Shown: piece by piece, positions 26,518 through 35,133 of the stretch
Layout: every line of letters begins with the position of its first letter
Position numbering within the stretch: position 1 is the stretch's first letter
From: a virus
Taxonomy: Duplodnaviria; Caudoviricetes
Virus record (IMG/VR): IMGVR_UViG_3300034524_000183
Location: 1-52,767 of that record
Length of the DNA: 52,767 nt
Reading direction: 5' to 3' (one strand)
Position numbers and translations under genes: made by a program
The notes under the pieces: generated by a model
The model's input: only the letters and a program-made list of their open reading frames with translations
Told to the model about the DNA's origin: nothing
The model's database searches: none

Positions 26518-27796
26518 CCTTTTAAAGAGCCCTATCCTGTTCGTTGCTGCCGAGGCATTGCCTCAGCTGGCCAGCGAAGTGCGGCACCCCTCCGCAGGAA
26601 TGTTCCTTTTCGGTGGACGTAGGGAGGATGGTGAACGCAAGCCGTACACGCTGCAGAGCGGAATAGCCACCATCACCATACGCGGCGCACTTTCTCAGTA
26701 CGGTGGCTTCTGGACTACCGGCTATGAGCAGATCCGCGAGAACATCCGCACGGCGCTCGCGGATAGTGCCGTCAAAGCCATCCTGCTGAACATCAACTCC
26801 CCGGGCGGAGCAGAGGCAGGCTTGTTTGAGTTGGCGGACTGGATTCACGCCGTCCATGAGCAAAAGCCCATGTACGCCTATGCGGATGCCATGATGTGCA
26901 GTGCAGCATACTGCATTGCCAGTTCCACCGGCACCATTCTCGCGCCACGCATGGCGACTGTGGGCAGCGTTGGCGTGGTGATGATGCACACGGACTGGAG
27001 CAAATGGAACGAGAAAACCGGCATCACATACACCTACCTGCATGCCGGGGAATTCAAGATAGCAGGAAATCAGGAGCAGCCCCTCAGTGACAGAGACCGC
27101 TCCTATTTTCAGGCTCGGCTCAACCAGTCCTACAGCGTGTTCCTACAGTCTTGCCAACGCGGTATGGGGCTGGATCCCGCAAAAGCCACCGAATGGGCCG
27201 ACGGCAAGATTTTCCATGGCGACGAAGCTCAGTCGTTGGGCCTTGTTTCCGCCATTGTCAGAGACCGGGATGATGCCATGGCGCACATCCTCTCCCACAT
27301 TTCCACAACGGAGAAAGACATGAACCTGAAAGAGATCGATCTGGATACGCTGCAGAAGGAGAACCCCGAGCTCCACGCGCAGCTGATCGCTCAGGCTCAG
27401 GCGTCTGCGGGAAAGGGTACTCAGGAAGACGGCAAGGGCACCGAGCTCTCCGCGCCTGCCAATCCCGCAGCCACCGTAACGAGCCCCGAGGATGCCGCGT
27501 TCGAGGCCTCCTGCGCCATGTTGGAGGCCACCGGCGCAAAGGCGCAGGCAGAGGCGATGCGCAAGATGAAGGCCGCAGGGCTCTCCTGCCAGCAGATGGC
27601 CGCAGTTGCCCCCATGCTGGCAGATGCCCAGCTTCCCGACACGTCCGATGCTCCCGCCATGCAGAAACAGTTGCTTACCGCACTGAACAATTCCGAAAGC
27701 CTGAAGCCCGTGGGTCAGCAGCCCGGCCAGAAGGCCAAAACCACCGCACAGGCTCAGACGGATCTGGTCTCCGAGCTTTCCGGACTGGAGGTGTAA
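26510..27796 (+). CDS. S49 prohead protease with C-terminal scaffold region
   Basis: LLNINSPGG, CSAAYCIAS, VGSVGVV and AGEFK motifs; Ala-rich C-terminus. Confidence 0.9.
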   Translation: MYDLLKSPILFVAAEALPQLASEVRHPSAGMFLFGGRREDGERKPYTLQSGIATITIRGALSQYGGFWTTGYEQIRENIRTALADSAVKAILLNINSPGGAEAGLFELADWIHAVHEQKPMYAYADAMMCSAAYCIASSTGTILAPRMATVGSVGVVMMHTDWSKWNEKTGITYTYLHAGEFKIAGNQEQPLSDRDRSYFQARLNQSYSVFLQSCQRGMGLDPAKATEWADGKIFHGDEAQSLGLVSAIVRDRDDAMAHILSHISTTEKDMNLKEIDLDTLQKENPELHAQLIAQAQASAGKGTQEDGKGTELSAPANPAATVTSPEDAAFEASCAMLEATGAKAQAEAMRKMKAAGLSCQQMAAVAPMLADAQLPDTSDAPAMQKQLLTALNNSESLKPVGQQPGQKAKTTAQAQTDLVSELSGLEV

Positions 27797-27799
27797 TCC

Positions 27800-28156
27800 A
27801 TGGTTACCGCAGAACTTTCCAGCAACACTCTGCTGGCCGGGCATGACGTCATCACCATGCAGGTGGTGCTCGCCTCCACCGGCTCGGAAGTCGCGCTGCA
27901 GCGCGGCGCTCCTCTCGGTCGCGTGACCGCCACCCGCAAGTTCAAGGCATGGAATCCCGCAGCCAGTGACGGCAGCGAGGTCATTGTCGCTCTGCTCACC
28001 GAAGCCAAGACCGTGCCCGCTGCTGGCGATGCCAAGAGCGACGGCTATGTGCACGGCGAGTTCCATAAAAACGCCATTCCGTGGGGTGCCGCAACAGCCG
28101 ACCAGATCAGCGATGCTGTCTGGGCAATGGCCGGTCGTGGCATCTACGTCCGCTAA
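27800..28156 (+). CDS. Head decoration protein (gpD-like)
   Basis: LQRGAPLG...DGSE...LL...YVHGEF; lies between protease and capsid. Confidence 0.82.
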   Translation: MVTAELSSNTLLAGHDVITMQVVLASTGSEVALQRGAPLGRVTATRKFKAWNPAASDGSEVIVALLTEAKTVPAAGDAKSDGYVHGEFHKNAIPWGAATADQISDAVWAMAGRGIYVR

Positions 28157-28168
28157 AGGGAGTATTGT

Positions 28169-29200
28169 ATGCCTGAAGCCAACATTCTCGACCTGCTCTT
28201 CAGCCCTCGCACGCTGACCGAAACAGCGATCAAGCGCAAGGCGGTTCCCCGCCTGATGCAGTATCTGTTCTTCAAGCGCCGCCATACACACCTGACCAGA
28301 GATATCGACCTGCGCAATGTCGCCTATCCCCTCAAGGTGCTGCCCATGGTGGGCGAACGATCTGGTGCCGTGGTTATTGAAGGCACCAAGAGAGCCCTCA
28401 AGATCGTGCCCTCTGCCCGTTTCCGGCCCAAGCGTGTATCCGGTGCTAACGAATTGCTCTACGTAACCGCTCCGGGTGAGCCCGTGGAGTTGAAACAGGG
28501 GATGGGCAATGTTGAAGAACGCCTGAAATCCGCCATCGTCAGCGATATCGACATCCTGAACGATTCACTTGAGCTGTCCATCGAGCTCTTGTGTTCGGAA
28601 CTGCTCCGCACTGGCAAGGTCGTAGCACACGATGATGACGGCGTGGATTACGAAGTGGACTTCGGCCTGCCCGCCGCGCACACCGTTGTGCTTACCGGCA
28701 CCGATCTCTGGACGGATGCAGCTTCCGACCCCATTGAAATTCTGGAAGAGTGCTCGAGTGCTGTGCAGGATGCCTGTGGCAGACGGCCCAATGTGGTTGT
28801 GCATGGCACAGGCGCATGGCAGGCCTTCCGCAAGAATAAGGCAGTGAAGGACGAGCTGAATAACCGCAATATCGACAGCGGCACCATGCGCACTGCCATT
28901 GGCGAGCTCTTCAAAGGTAACATCGGTAACGTCGGACATTATGTGTACGGCGGTAGTTATGATGATACGCACGGCAACTCTCGTGAACTCTTCCCCTCTG
29001 ATTATATCCTGATGGGCTGCACGGATGCTCCCTGCTCCGTGGAGTTTGGCCTGCCCGCAGACCTCGCCAATACCGGCCCCGTCGAAAAGTTCGTGAAGAC
29101 GGTCATCGAAGATGATCCGTCCCATCTCGCCATCATCGAGGAGAGCCGCCCCCTGCCCGTTGCGGATCTGGATTACTTCTGCTTCGTCAAGGTCCGCTAG
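28169..29200 (+). CDS. Major capsid protein (gpE family)
   Basis: 343 aa with LRTGKV...VDFG, WTD..SDPI and C-terminal ESRPLP; synteny. Confidence 0.9.
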   Translation: MPEANILDLLFSPRTLTETAIKRKAVPRLMQYLFFKRRHTHLTRDIDLRNVAYPLKVLPMVGERSGAVVIEGTKRALKIVPSARFRPKRVSGANELLYVTAPGEPVELKQGMGNVEERLKSAIVSDIDILNDSLELSIELLCSELLRTGKVVAHDDDGVDYEVDFGLPAAHTVVLTGTDLWTDAASDPIEILEECSSAVQDACGRRPNVVVHGTGAWQAFRKNKAVKDELNNRNIDSGTMRTAIGELFKGNIGNVGHYVYGGSYDDTHGNSRELFPSDYILMGCTDAPCSVEFGLPADLANTGPVEKFVKTVIEDDPSHLAIIEESRPLPVADLDYFCFVKVR

Positions 29201-29210
29201 GAGGTGCACC

Positions 29211-29567
29211 ATGGCTAGTAAGAAAAACTCTAAGAAAATTGATGTGCTGCTCAAGTGCGCCCTCGGACGCGGCGGCAAGGATGGCAAGCCCGGCGAGATC
29301 AAAGCCTTGTCTGAGGAAGACGCCCTCGAACTGATCAAGGCAGGCCACGCCGTGGAATACACTGGCGTTCAGCCCGTTGATGGTGCCGCCTCCGAGCGCA
29401 TCATGGAACTGGAGCAGACCGTGGCGGATCTGCGTGGTGATCTAGCTGCGGTGCAGGAAGACTGCGCAGCCAAACTCGACCAGGCAAAGGCCTATGCATC
29501 CGCACTGGAAGATCGCTGCAAGGCTGCAGGTGTGGACATTGCCGATCTGACCGGCACCGGAAAGTAA
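29211..29567 (+). CDS. Hypothetical head-associated coiled-coil protein
   Basis: GGAGG RBS, follows the capsid gene. Confidence 0.65.
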   Translation: MASKKNSKKIDVLLKCALGRGGKDGKPGEIKALSEEDALELIKAGHAVEYTGVQPVDGAASERIMELEQTVADLRGDLAAVQEDCAAKLDQAKAYASALEDRCKAAGVDIADLTGTGK

Positions 29568-29571
29568 CCGA

Positions 29572-29600
29572 CGGGGTCGGGAAACCGACCCCGCCCTTTT
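29572..29600 (+). terminator. Intrinsic terminator after the head genes
   Basis: CGGGGTCGG-GAAA-CCGACCCCG then CCCTTTT. Confidence 0.7.
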
Positions 29601-29615
29601 CAAGGCAGGCACCTC

Positions 29616-29855
29616 ATGACGTTATCTCCGCTCGAACTGCTTCTGCTCACAGCGCTCGTCTCCATGGTCACAGCAGTGGCTGTCCGCCTGCTGTTCTCGG
29701 AAAAGTATGTACGCAAAATCGAGTGCGAAGGAAGCATTGTCGAAATCAAGCGAAGGCTGGACATCCAGTTTCGCATGCTACGTGCCATCGTGCCGTGTCT
29801 GCCTATTGATCCTGCCACGATGCGCGAGATCCTTAACGAAAGAGGGACTGACTGA
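29616..29855 (+). CDS. Small membrane protein (holin/antiholin candidate)
   Basis: N-terminal TM segment; translationally coupled to the endolysin. Confidence 0.6.
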   Translation: MTLSPLELLLLTALVSMVTAVAVRLLFSEKYVRKIECEGSIVEIKRRLDIQFRMLRAIVPCLPIDPATMREILNERGTD

Positions 29856-30442
29856 TGACACCTGCATTAAAACTGGCTCTTGATTTCACCCTCCGCTGGG
29901 AAGGCGGATTCGTGGACCACCCGGACGATCCCGGCGGGGCCACCAACCATGGCGTGAGCCTGCGTTGGCTGAAAGGGCTTGAAGTATCCATCGCGGACAT
30001 CGACGGAGATGGAGATGTTGACGCTGAAGATATCCGGGCGCTCACCATTGATCAGGCCCGCGATTTGTTTGCGGATCGTTTCTGGCATGGGCTTTCGCTC
30101 GACGAGTTCCCTCCTGCTGTCTCCATAGCTGTCTTTGATGCCGCAGTTAACTCCGGCCCACGCCCTGCGTTTCGCTTCCTGCAGCGGGCTCTCAACCTCT
30201 GCGGGTCGACTCTTGAAGAGGATGGCATCTTCGGTCCCGCCTCGCGGGCGGAACTGGTTCGCCATGCAATGCCTCCGAATGGCCCTCTGCTGCTGGTTAA
30301 CGGTGCCAATTGGGCAAGAATCAAGCTCATGACAACGCTTGCCCAGCGTAAGAATGAAGCAGGTCGACAGCCTATGCAGGTGTTCCTGCCTGGCTGGACG
30401 AACCGCGTTCACGCCCTGACTGAAGAGATCTGGAGGATGTAA
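29855..30442 (+). CDS. Endolysin, glycoside hydrolase family 108
   Basis: EGGFVDHPDDPGGATNHG, FDAAVNSG, DGIFGP and GWTNR motifs. Confidence 0.92.
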   Translation: MTPALKLALDFTLRWEGGFVDHPDDPGGATNHGVSLRWLKGLEVSIADIDGDGDVDAEDIRALTIDQARDLFADRFWHGLSLDEFPPAVSIAVFDAAVNSGPRPAFRFLQRALNLCGSTLEEDGIFGPASRAELVRHAMPPNGPLLLVNGANWARIKLMTTLAQRKNEAGRQPMQVFLPGWTNRVHALTEEIWRM

Positions 30443-31002
30443 TGGACTGGCTCAAAACTATCGCTAGTGCCGCCCCCATTCTCGGAACCGTTGTTGGGGG
30501 GCCTGTGGGCGGCATCGTCGGCAAGGGCCTGTCTCTCATTGCTGAGGCCTTCAGCTGTGAACCCACAGAAGATGCAGTTGCTTCCGCAATTAAGGCGGAT
30601 CCGCAGGCAGCCATCAAGTTGAAAGAGCTTGAGCTTCAGCACCAGGCTGTTTTGATCGAATGGCAGCGCGTCCAGCTGCAGGCCGAGCTGGAGAACACCA
30701 AAAGCGCCAGAGACCGTGAGGTTGCAATGACCAAAGCGGGCACCAGTATGGGCTGGTTCCCCCCGGCCATGATCAGCTTGGTGGTGACGGTTGGTTTTTT
30801 CATCATGCTCTACCATGTGCTCACCATGCAGAGTGAGCCCTCGCAGGCAGCTGTCCTTCTTCTCGGCTCTCTCGCAACCGCCTTCGCCGCAGTGGTGAAC
30901 TACTACCTCGGTTCTTCCCTCGGAAGTTACCGGAAGAACAATGCCCTCGAACAGCAAGTGTCTGGTGCCATCCGTAGCACAGGAAAAGCGGGAGGCATCT
31001 GA
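30442..31002 (+). CDS. Holin-like membrane protein (3TM type)
   Basis: Gly-rich N-terminus, SARDRE and two C-terminal TM segments ending YYLGSS. Confidence 0.7.
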   Translation: MDWLKTIASAAPILGTVVGGPVGGIVGKGLSLIAEAFSCEPTEDAVASAIKADPQAAIKLKELELQHQAVLIEWQRVQLQAELENTKSARDREVAMTKAGTSMGWFPPAMISLVVTVGFFIMLYHVLTMQSEPSQAAVLLLGSLATAFAAVVNYYLGSSLGSYRKNNALEQQVSGAIRSTGKAGGI

Positions 31003-31307
31003 TGACTCTTCGTGACCACATGCAGGCCGATCTTGCCATGATGATGAGTACCAATGAGTTCGGCGAAGAAATCACCTTCTGCGGAGTCTCGCTCGTAGCC
31101 ATTGTGGACCTGTCCAGAGAGCCTGCCAGCTATGATGACCGGCAATCCGTCTTTGTGGAAAGTGCCACCCTGCGCATTGCTGAAGGAGCCGTTTTGCTTC
31201 CTGACGTTGGCCGCCGGGTGGAGTTCAACGGTGAAGAGTGGATCGTGGGACAGACCGAAGATGAGGATGGCCTGCAAGTTGTCCACCTCTGGAGGGATCT
31301 CGCATGA
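31002..31307 (+). CDS. Head closure/head-tail joining protein
   Basis: EFGEEITF motif; synteny. Confidence 0.6.
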   Translation: MTLRDHMQADLAMMMSTNEFGEEITFCGVSLVAIVDLSREPASYDDRQSVFVESATLRIAEGAVLLPDVGRRVEFNGEEWIVGQTEDEDGLQVVHLWRDLA

Positions 31308-31936
31308 GTAAAGCCGGACAGACCCTTGTGCTCATCGACAAGGACCGCATTGACCGGCAGATGCAGGCAATGCGCGGAGCCCTTGAACACATCAAGGACG
31401 GCTACAAGACCGTGGCCATGCGTGCCGTGAACAAGACCCTTGATGGCATGCGCACCGATGTGGTGCGGCTGATCCGCTCCACCTATGCCGTTCCGGCGCG
31501 GGATCTGCGCGAAAAGCTCTCCGTTATCAAGGCCAAGAAATCGTATCTGCGAGGCTCTCTTTCGGCAAAGGGGCCTATCTCCGTGCCGCTCATGCGGTAC
31601 GGGGCTTACCCCCGCGCCCCCTTTATCAGTGCTCCGAAAGGCCCCAGAGGAAAGCGCCACAAGGGCGTAACCGTAAAGGTGCGTGCCGATGCTGGGCACA
31701 AGGGCGTGCGTCATGCCTTCGTGCTCAACTCGCCGTCCACAGGAAGGCCGGAAGTCGTGAAGAAGGTGCATGCTGATCGCCGTTACCCCATTCGCATCCT
31801 CTACGGCCCCGGCCATCTTGCCGCCCTGCGGGAAGAAGAGAACCTCGGCAGCCTGCAGGAGCAGGCCATGGAACGCTTCAGCAAGGCCGTGGATCATGAA
31901 GCCCGGTACCTTATCGAAAAGGCGGGCTTGCGATGA
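31304..31936 (+). CDS. Neck/minor tail protein (gpZ-like)
   Basis: Basic protein with RAVNKT, HAFV and RYPIRILYGP motifs. Confidence 0.75.
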   Translation: MSKAGQTLVLIDKDRIDRQMQAMRGALEHIKDGYKTVAMRAVNKTLDGMRTDVVRLIRSTYAVPARDLREKLSVIKAKKSYLRGSLSAKGPISVPLMRYGAYPRAPFISAPKGPRGKRHKGVTVKVRADAGHKGVRHAFVLNSPSTGRPEVVKKVHADRRYPIRILYGPGHLAALREEENLGSLQEQAMERFSKAVDHEARYLIEKAGLR

Positions 31937-32394
31937 TTCTGGAACTGCTGACAGAGCTGGAAGTCTTTCTGCAACAGGCGCTGGCAACCGTGCCGCTTCC
32001 TTCACCCGAAAAAGGTGCGGGAGAACTGGCACCGGCCCGCGTGTTTCTGGGTGCCATCCCGCGCACCACAGAAGAACACAAGGCTTTCCCCTGCGCTGTA
32101 CTGCGCTGGCAGAAAGGCGAGGACACTGAAGAGGACAGCAGCGAGACCGTGGATATCCTGCTCGGCGTGTATTCTCCTGCAGGGCTCGACATTGCCGAGA
32201 CATGGATTGCCGTGCTCGTGGGCAGACTGCGCCGCCTGCTGCTGGAACACCGTCGCCTCGGCAAGTGGGAGATGGTGCTGCCGCTTACCTCGGGCAAGCC
32301 CGATCCCGAGAAACAGCAGGAACGATTTCACATCGCCACCATCAGCACTCAGTGGCGAAGAACCTTACCCTCTGACCCCGTCATGGAGGCTTAA
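31933..32394 (+). CDS. Putative tail completion protein
   Basis: FPCAVLR motif; lies before the sheath gene. Confidence 0.6.
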   Translation: MILELLTELEVFLQQALATVPLPSPEKGAGELAPARVFLGAIPRTTEEHKAFPCAVLRWQKGEDTEEDSSETVDILLGVYSPAGLDIAETWIAVLVGRLRRLLLEHRRLGKWEMVLPLTSGKPDPEKQQERFHIATISTQWRRTLPSDPVMEA

Positions 32395-32652
32395 ATGGCA
32401 AAAGAAAAGACCCCGACCGCTACCGGCACTGTAATGTACCTCGGCCCGACATTGCGGGGAGCCCGCCATGTTGTGAACGGGACTATCTTTAAAGGCGGCG
32501 TGCCTCGCCATCTGGAAAAGGAACTGACTGCGGATCCTGACTATGCGGCATTGTTCGTGCCTGTCGCAGATGTCGGTGCCGCCCGCAAGGAACTGAAAAA
32601 CGCAACCTCCGTGCTGGCACACTGCGCCCGCCGCGTTGCTGAAAAGGGGTAA
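32395..32652 (+). CDS. Hypothetical tail-region protein
   Basis: GGAGG RBS; MYLGPTL motif. Confidence 0.65.
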   Translation: MAKEKTPTATGTVMYLGPTLRGARHVVNGTIFKGGVPRHLEKELTADPDYAALFVPVADVGAARKELKNATSVLAHCARRVAEKG

Positions 32653-32655
32653 GCC

Positions 32656-33915
32656 ATGTCTTACAGACACCGCGTTTCCTACAGCGAAAAGCCCACCGGC
32701 ATTGTGCCGCCGCGCCGTATCTCCGCAGGCATCCCTGTGGTTGTCGGCACGGCTCCGGTGCACACCATGTCGGGCGCAAAGCCCATCAATGAGCCCGTGC
32801 TCTGCTATACCTATGGCGAGTTCGCCGCCGCCTTCGCCGGAACCGACGAAGCTGCGCAGACAGCGCTTGAGGCCATTGGTTCCTACACCCTGTGCGAATT
32901 CGCCAAGAGCCACTACGGGCTCTACAACATGGCCCCGGTTGTCTTCATCAACGTGTTCGACCCGGCGCAGCACAAGGCTGTGGACGAGACCCCGGATGTG
33001 ACCAAGGTTACCAGCGAGGATATTGTTGGTGGCATCGATGTTGCCACCAACGCCCGCACCGGTCTTGAGCTCATCGCGGACATCTTCCCCACCTTCCGCA
33101 TCATTCCCGGCCTGATCTGCGCCCCCGGTTTCTCGCAGGATCCTGCCGTGGGTGTGGTGATGGCTGCTAAGGCTGCAAGCATCAACGGCCTGTTCAAGGC
33201 CATGGCCGTGGTGGACGTGCCGGACACCGTATGCACCAAGTACACCGACGTGCCTTCGTGGAAGGAAACCAACAACTACACCGACGAGCACATGATCGTG
33301 TGCTGGCCCAAGGTGAAGCTTGGCGACGATGTGTACCACATGTCCACGCACGTGGCCGGGCTCATCCCGCAGACCGATGCCGAGTATGGCGACATTCCCT
33401 ATGTCTCTCCCTCCAACCGCAGGCTCATGATCGATTCTGCCGTAGCAAACGGCAAGCCGGTTCGTCTGGGTCTTGATCAGGCCGAATACCTGAACGGGCA
33501 GGGCGTGATTGTACCGCTGAACTTTGATGGCGGCTGGAAGGCCTTCGGCAACCGCACGGGCTGTTACCCCTCCAATACCGACCCCAAGGATGCCTTCATC
33601 CCTGTGCGCCGGTTCTTCAACTGGCACGGCAACACCTTTGTGCTCACCTACTTCCAGAAGCTGGACGGGCCTGTCACCCGCCGATGGGTTGAAACCATCG
33701 TGGACAGCGAGAACATCCGCCTGAATGGCTTCCGCCAGATGGAGATCATCCTCGGCGGCGAGATGAAGTTCCTTCAGGACGAGAACCCCACAACCGACCT
33801 CATAGACGGCATCGTGCGCTTCCACACGTGGATGACCCCGCCGGTCCCGGGACGGCAGATCGAGAACATTCTCGAGTTTGACCCCAATAACTTCAGCACC
33901 CTGTTCGGAGGCTAG
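32656..33915 (+). CDS. Tail sheath protein
   Basis: VVGTAPVH, PGLICAPGFS, SPSN, GNRT and FIPVRR motifs. Confidence 0.93.
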   Translation: MSYRHRVSYSEKPTGIVPPRRISAGIPVVVGTAPVHTMSGAKPINEPVLCYTYGEFAAAFAGTDEAAQTALEAIGSYTLCEFAKSHYGLYNMAPVVFINVFDPAQHKAVDETPDVTKVTSEDIVGGIDVATNARTGLELIADIFPTFRIIPGLICAPGFSQDPAVGVVMAAKAASINGLFKAMAVVDVPDTVCTKYTDVPSWKETNNYTDEHMIVCWPKVKLGDDVYHMSTHVAGLIPQTDAEYGDIPYVSPSNRRLMIDSAVANGKPVRLGLDQAEYLNGQGVIVPLNFDGGWKAFGNRTGCYPSNTDPKDAFIPVRRFFNWHGNTFVLTYFQKLDGPVTRRWVETIVDSENIRLNGFRQMEIILGGEMKFLQDENPTTDLIDGIVRFHTWMTPPVPGRQIENILEFDPNNFSTLFGG

Positions 33916-33917
33916 CC

Positions 33918-34442
33918 ATGAATGCACCTGAAAAGGTCATCTCCTTTAATGCCTACGGTGAAGGCAAGGTCTTTCTGGGGCTGGTTGATATTGAGCTGCC
34001 CGGCATCGAGTTCATGACAGACACCATCACCGGCGCGGGCATTGCCGGTGAAGTTGAGTCTCCTGTAATCGGCCACACCAAGGCACTGGGCGTAAAGCTC
34101 AAGTTCCGCACCAAGACCCGCCAGACCCTCGGTCTGCTCTCCCAGAAACGCCACCTGCTCGATCTTCGCGCCTCTGTGCAGTCTCGTGCTCTCGACAAGG
34201 GCGGCTCTCTGGTCACCACCCCTGAAAAGATCGTGGTGGGCGGTCTGGTCAAAAAGCATAGCCTCGGCAAGCTGGAAAGCGCCAAGGCGCAGGATTGCGA
34301 AGTGGAACTGGACGCGGATTATCTGAAGGTCACGTTGGACGGTGAAGACGTGCTGGAAGTGGACAAGTTCGCCATGGTCTTCAAAGTAAACGGTACGGAC
34401 CACCTCGCCTCGGTCCGGTCCGATCTGGGAATGGAGGGCTAA
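33918..34442 (+). CDS. Tail tube protein (P2 FII-like)
   Basis: IELP...GAGIAGEV...EVDK...VNGTD. Confidence 0.9.
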   Translation: MNAPEKVISFNAYGEGKVFLGLVDIELPGIEFMTDTITGAGIAGEVESPVIGHTKALGVKLKFRTKTRQTLGLLSQKRHLLDLRASVQSRALDKGGSLVTTPEKIVVGGLVKKHSLGKLESAKAQDCEVELDADYLKVTLDGEDVLEVDKFAMVFKVNGTDHLASVRSDLGMEG

Positions 34443-34445
34443 CCG

Positions 34446-34784
34446 ATGGAAGTGCGCACCAAGGTCATCATTCTGGGCACGCCGCTCAAGGTGAAGGAAA
34501 AAGAAGTGCTCGAGCTCACCATGCGGGAGCCGCTGGTGGAAGATATGCTGGAAGCTGCCGAGCTGGCGGGAGACATGTCCACAGCCGCCCGGCTCGAGGT
34601 CTGCACTTTCGCTCACCTGTGCGATGTGCCCTTGGCCGACCTGCTACGGATGCGGCAGGCAGACTATACGAAACTGCAGGAGGCATACGGTTTTTTGGCG
34701 CGTTCCGCCCCCCGCGAGGAAGCGACCTGCGAAAAACAGTGCTTGTCTTCGGAAAACGCTCCGGATGGGGACGGCGGGAAATAG
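34446..34784 (+). CDS. Tail assembly chaperone (P2 gpE-like); -1 frameshift extension to 34849
   Basis: LTMREP.V.D...DY..LQ. Slippery GGTTTTTTG at 34689-34697 leads into a -1 frame ending GWGRREIGSLKAREFSAWLE... Confidence 0.85.
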   Translation: MEVRTKVIILGTPLKVKEKEVLELTMREPLVEDMLEAAELAGDMSTAARLEVCTFAHLCDVPLADLLRMRQADYTKLQEAYGFLARSAPREEATCEKQCLSSENAPDGDGGK

Positions 34785-34836
34785 GAAGCCTGAAGGCGCG
34801 GGAGTTCAGTGCGTGGCTGGAAGCCTTGCCCCCTGA

Positions 34837-35064
34837 TCAGGAGGCCTGAGCAATCCAGTTACGGAAGCGGTCCGTAAAGCGGTCAACGCCTTCCACCAGC
34901 GGTGAGGCGACCAGCTTGTAGATGATGCCGCCAAAGAAAATACCAGGCATCAGAGACTGCGAAAGACTGAGATCATTGCCGTCCAGCAGCTCATACCCGA
35001 GCACCACAACAATGCTCGTTTTGAACAAGAACTTGATGAACGTGTGAAGCGGTTCTTCCTGCAT
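34837..35064 (-). CDS. Antisense small membrane protein (moron)
   Basis: GGAG RBS, ATG at 35064, 75 aa with two hydrophobic segments and its own promoter. Confidence 0.7.
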   Translation of the reverse strand: MQEEPLHTFIKFLFKTSIVVVLGYELLDGNDLSLSQSLMPGIFFGGIIYKLVASPLVEGVDRFTDRFRNWIAQAS

Positions 35065-35092
35065 GGCGATCTCCGATAGTTTGTACGCTATT

Positions 35093-35121
35093 ACAATAGA
35101 TCGCCATGCAGGACCAGTCAA
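35093..35121 (-). promoter_or_regulatory. Sigma70 promoter of the antisense moron
   Basis: Minus strand TTGACT-N17-TATTGT. Confidence 0.7.
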
Positions 35122-35133
35122 CCGAGGTAGTGC

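Noticed and set aside
29616-31002. Lysis genes between head and neck genes as a novelty
   Set aside because: Differs from lambda, but lysis cassette position varies among temperate phages. I could not identify spanins by eye, so their absence is not claimed.
32365-33927. Long minus-strand ORFs opposite structural genes (also 27143-28291, 39965-41182, 1351-2418, 4240-5316)
   Set aside because: Antisense shadows of GC3-rich genes; the plus-strand ORFs carry the recognisable motifs.
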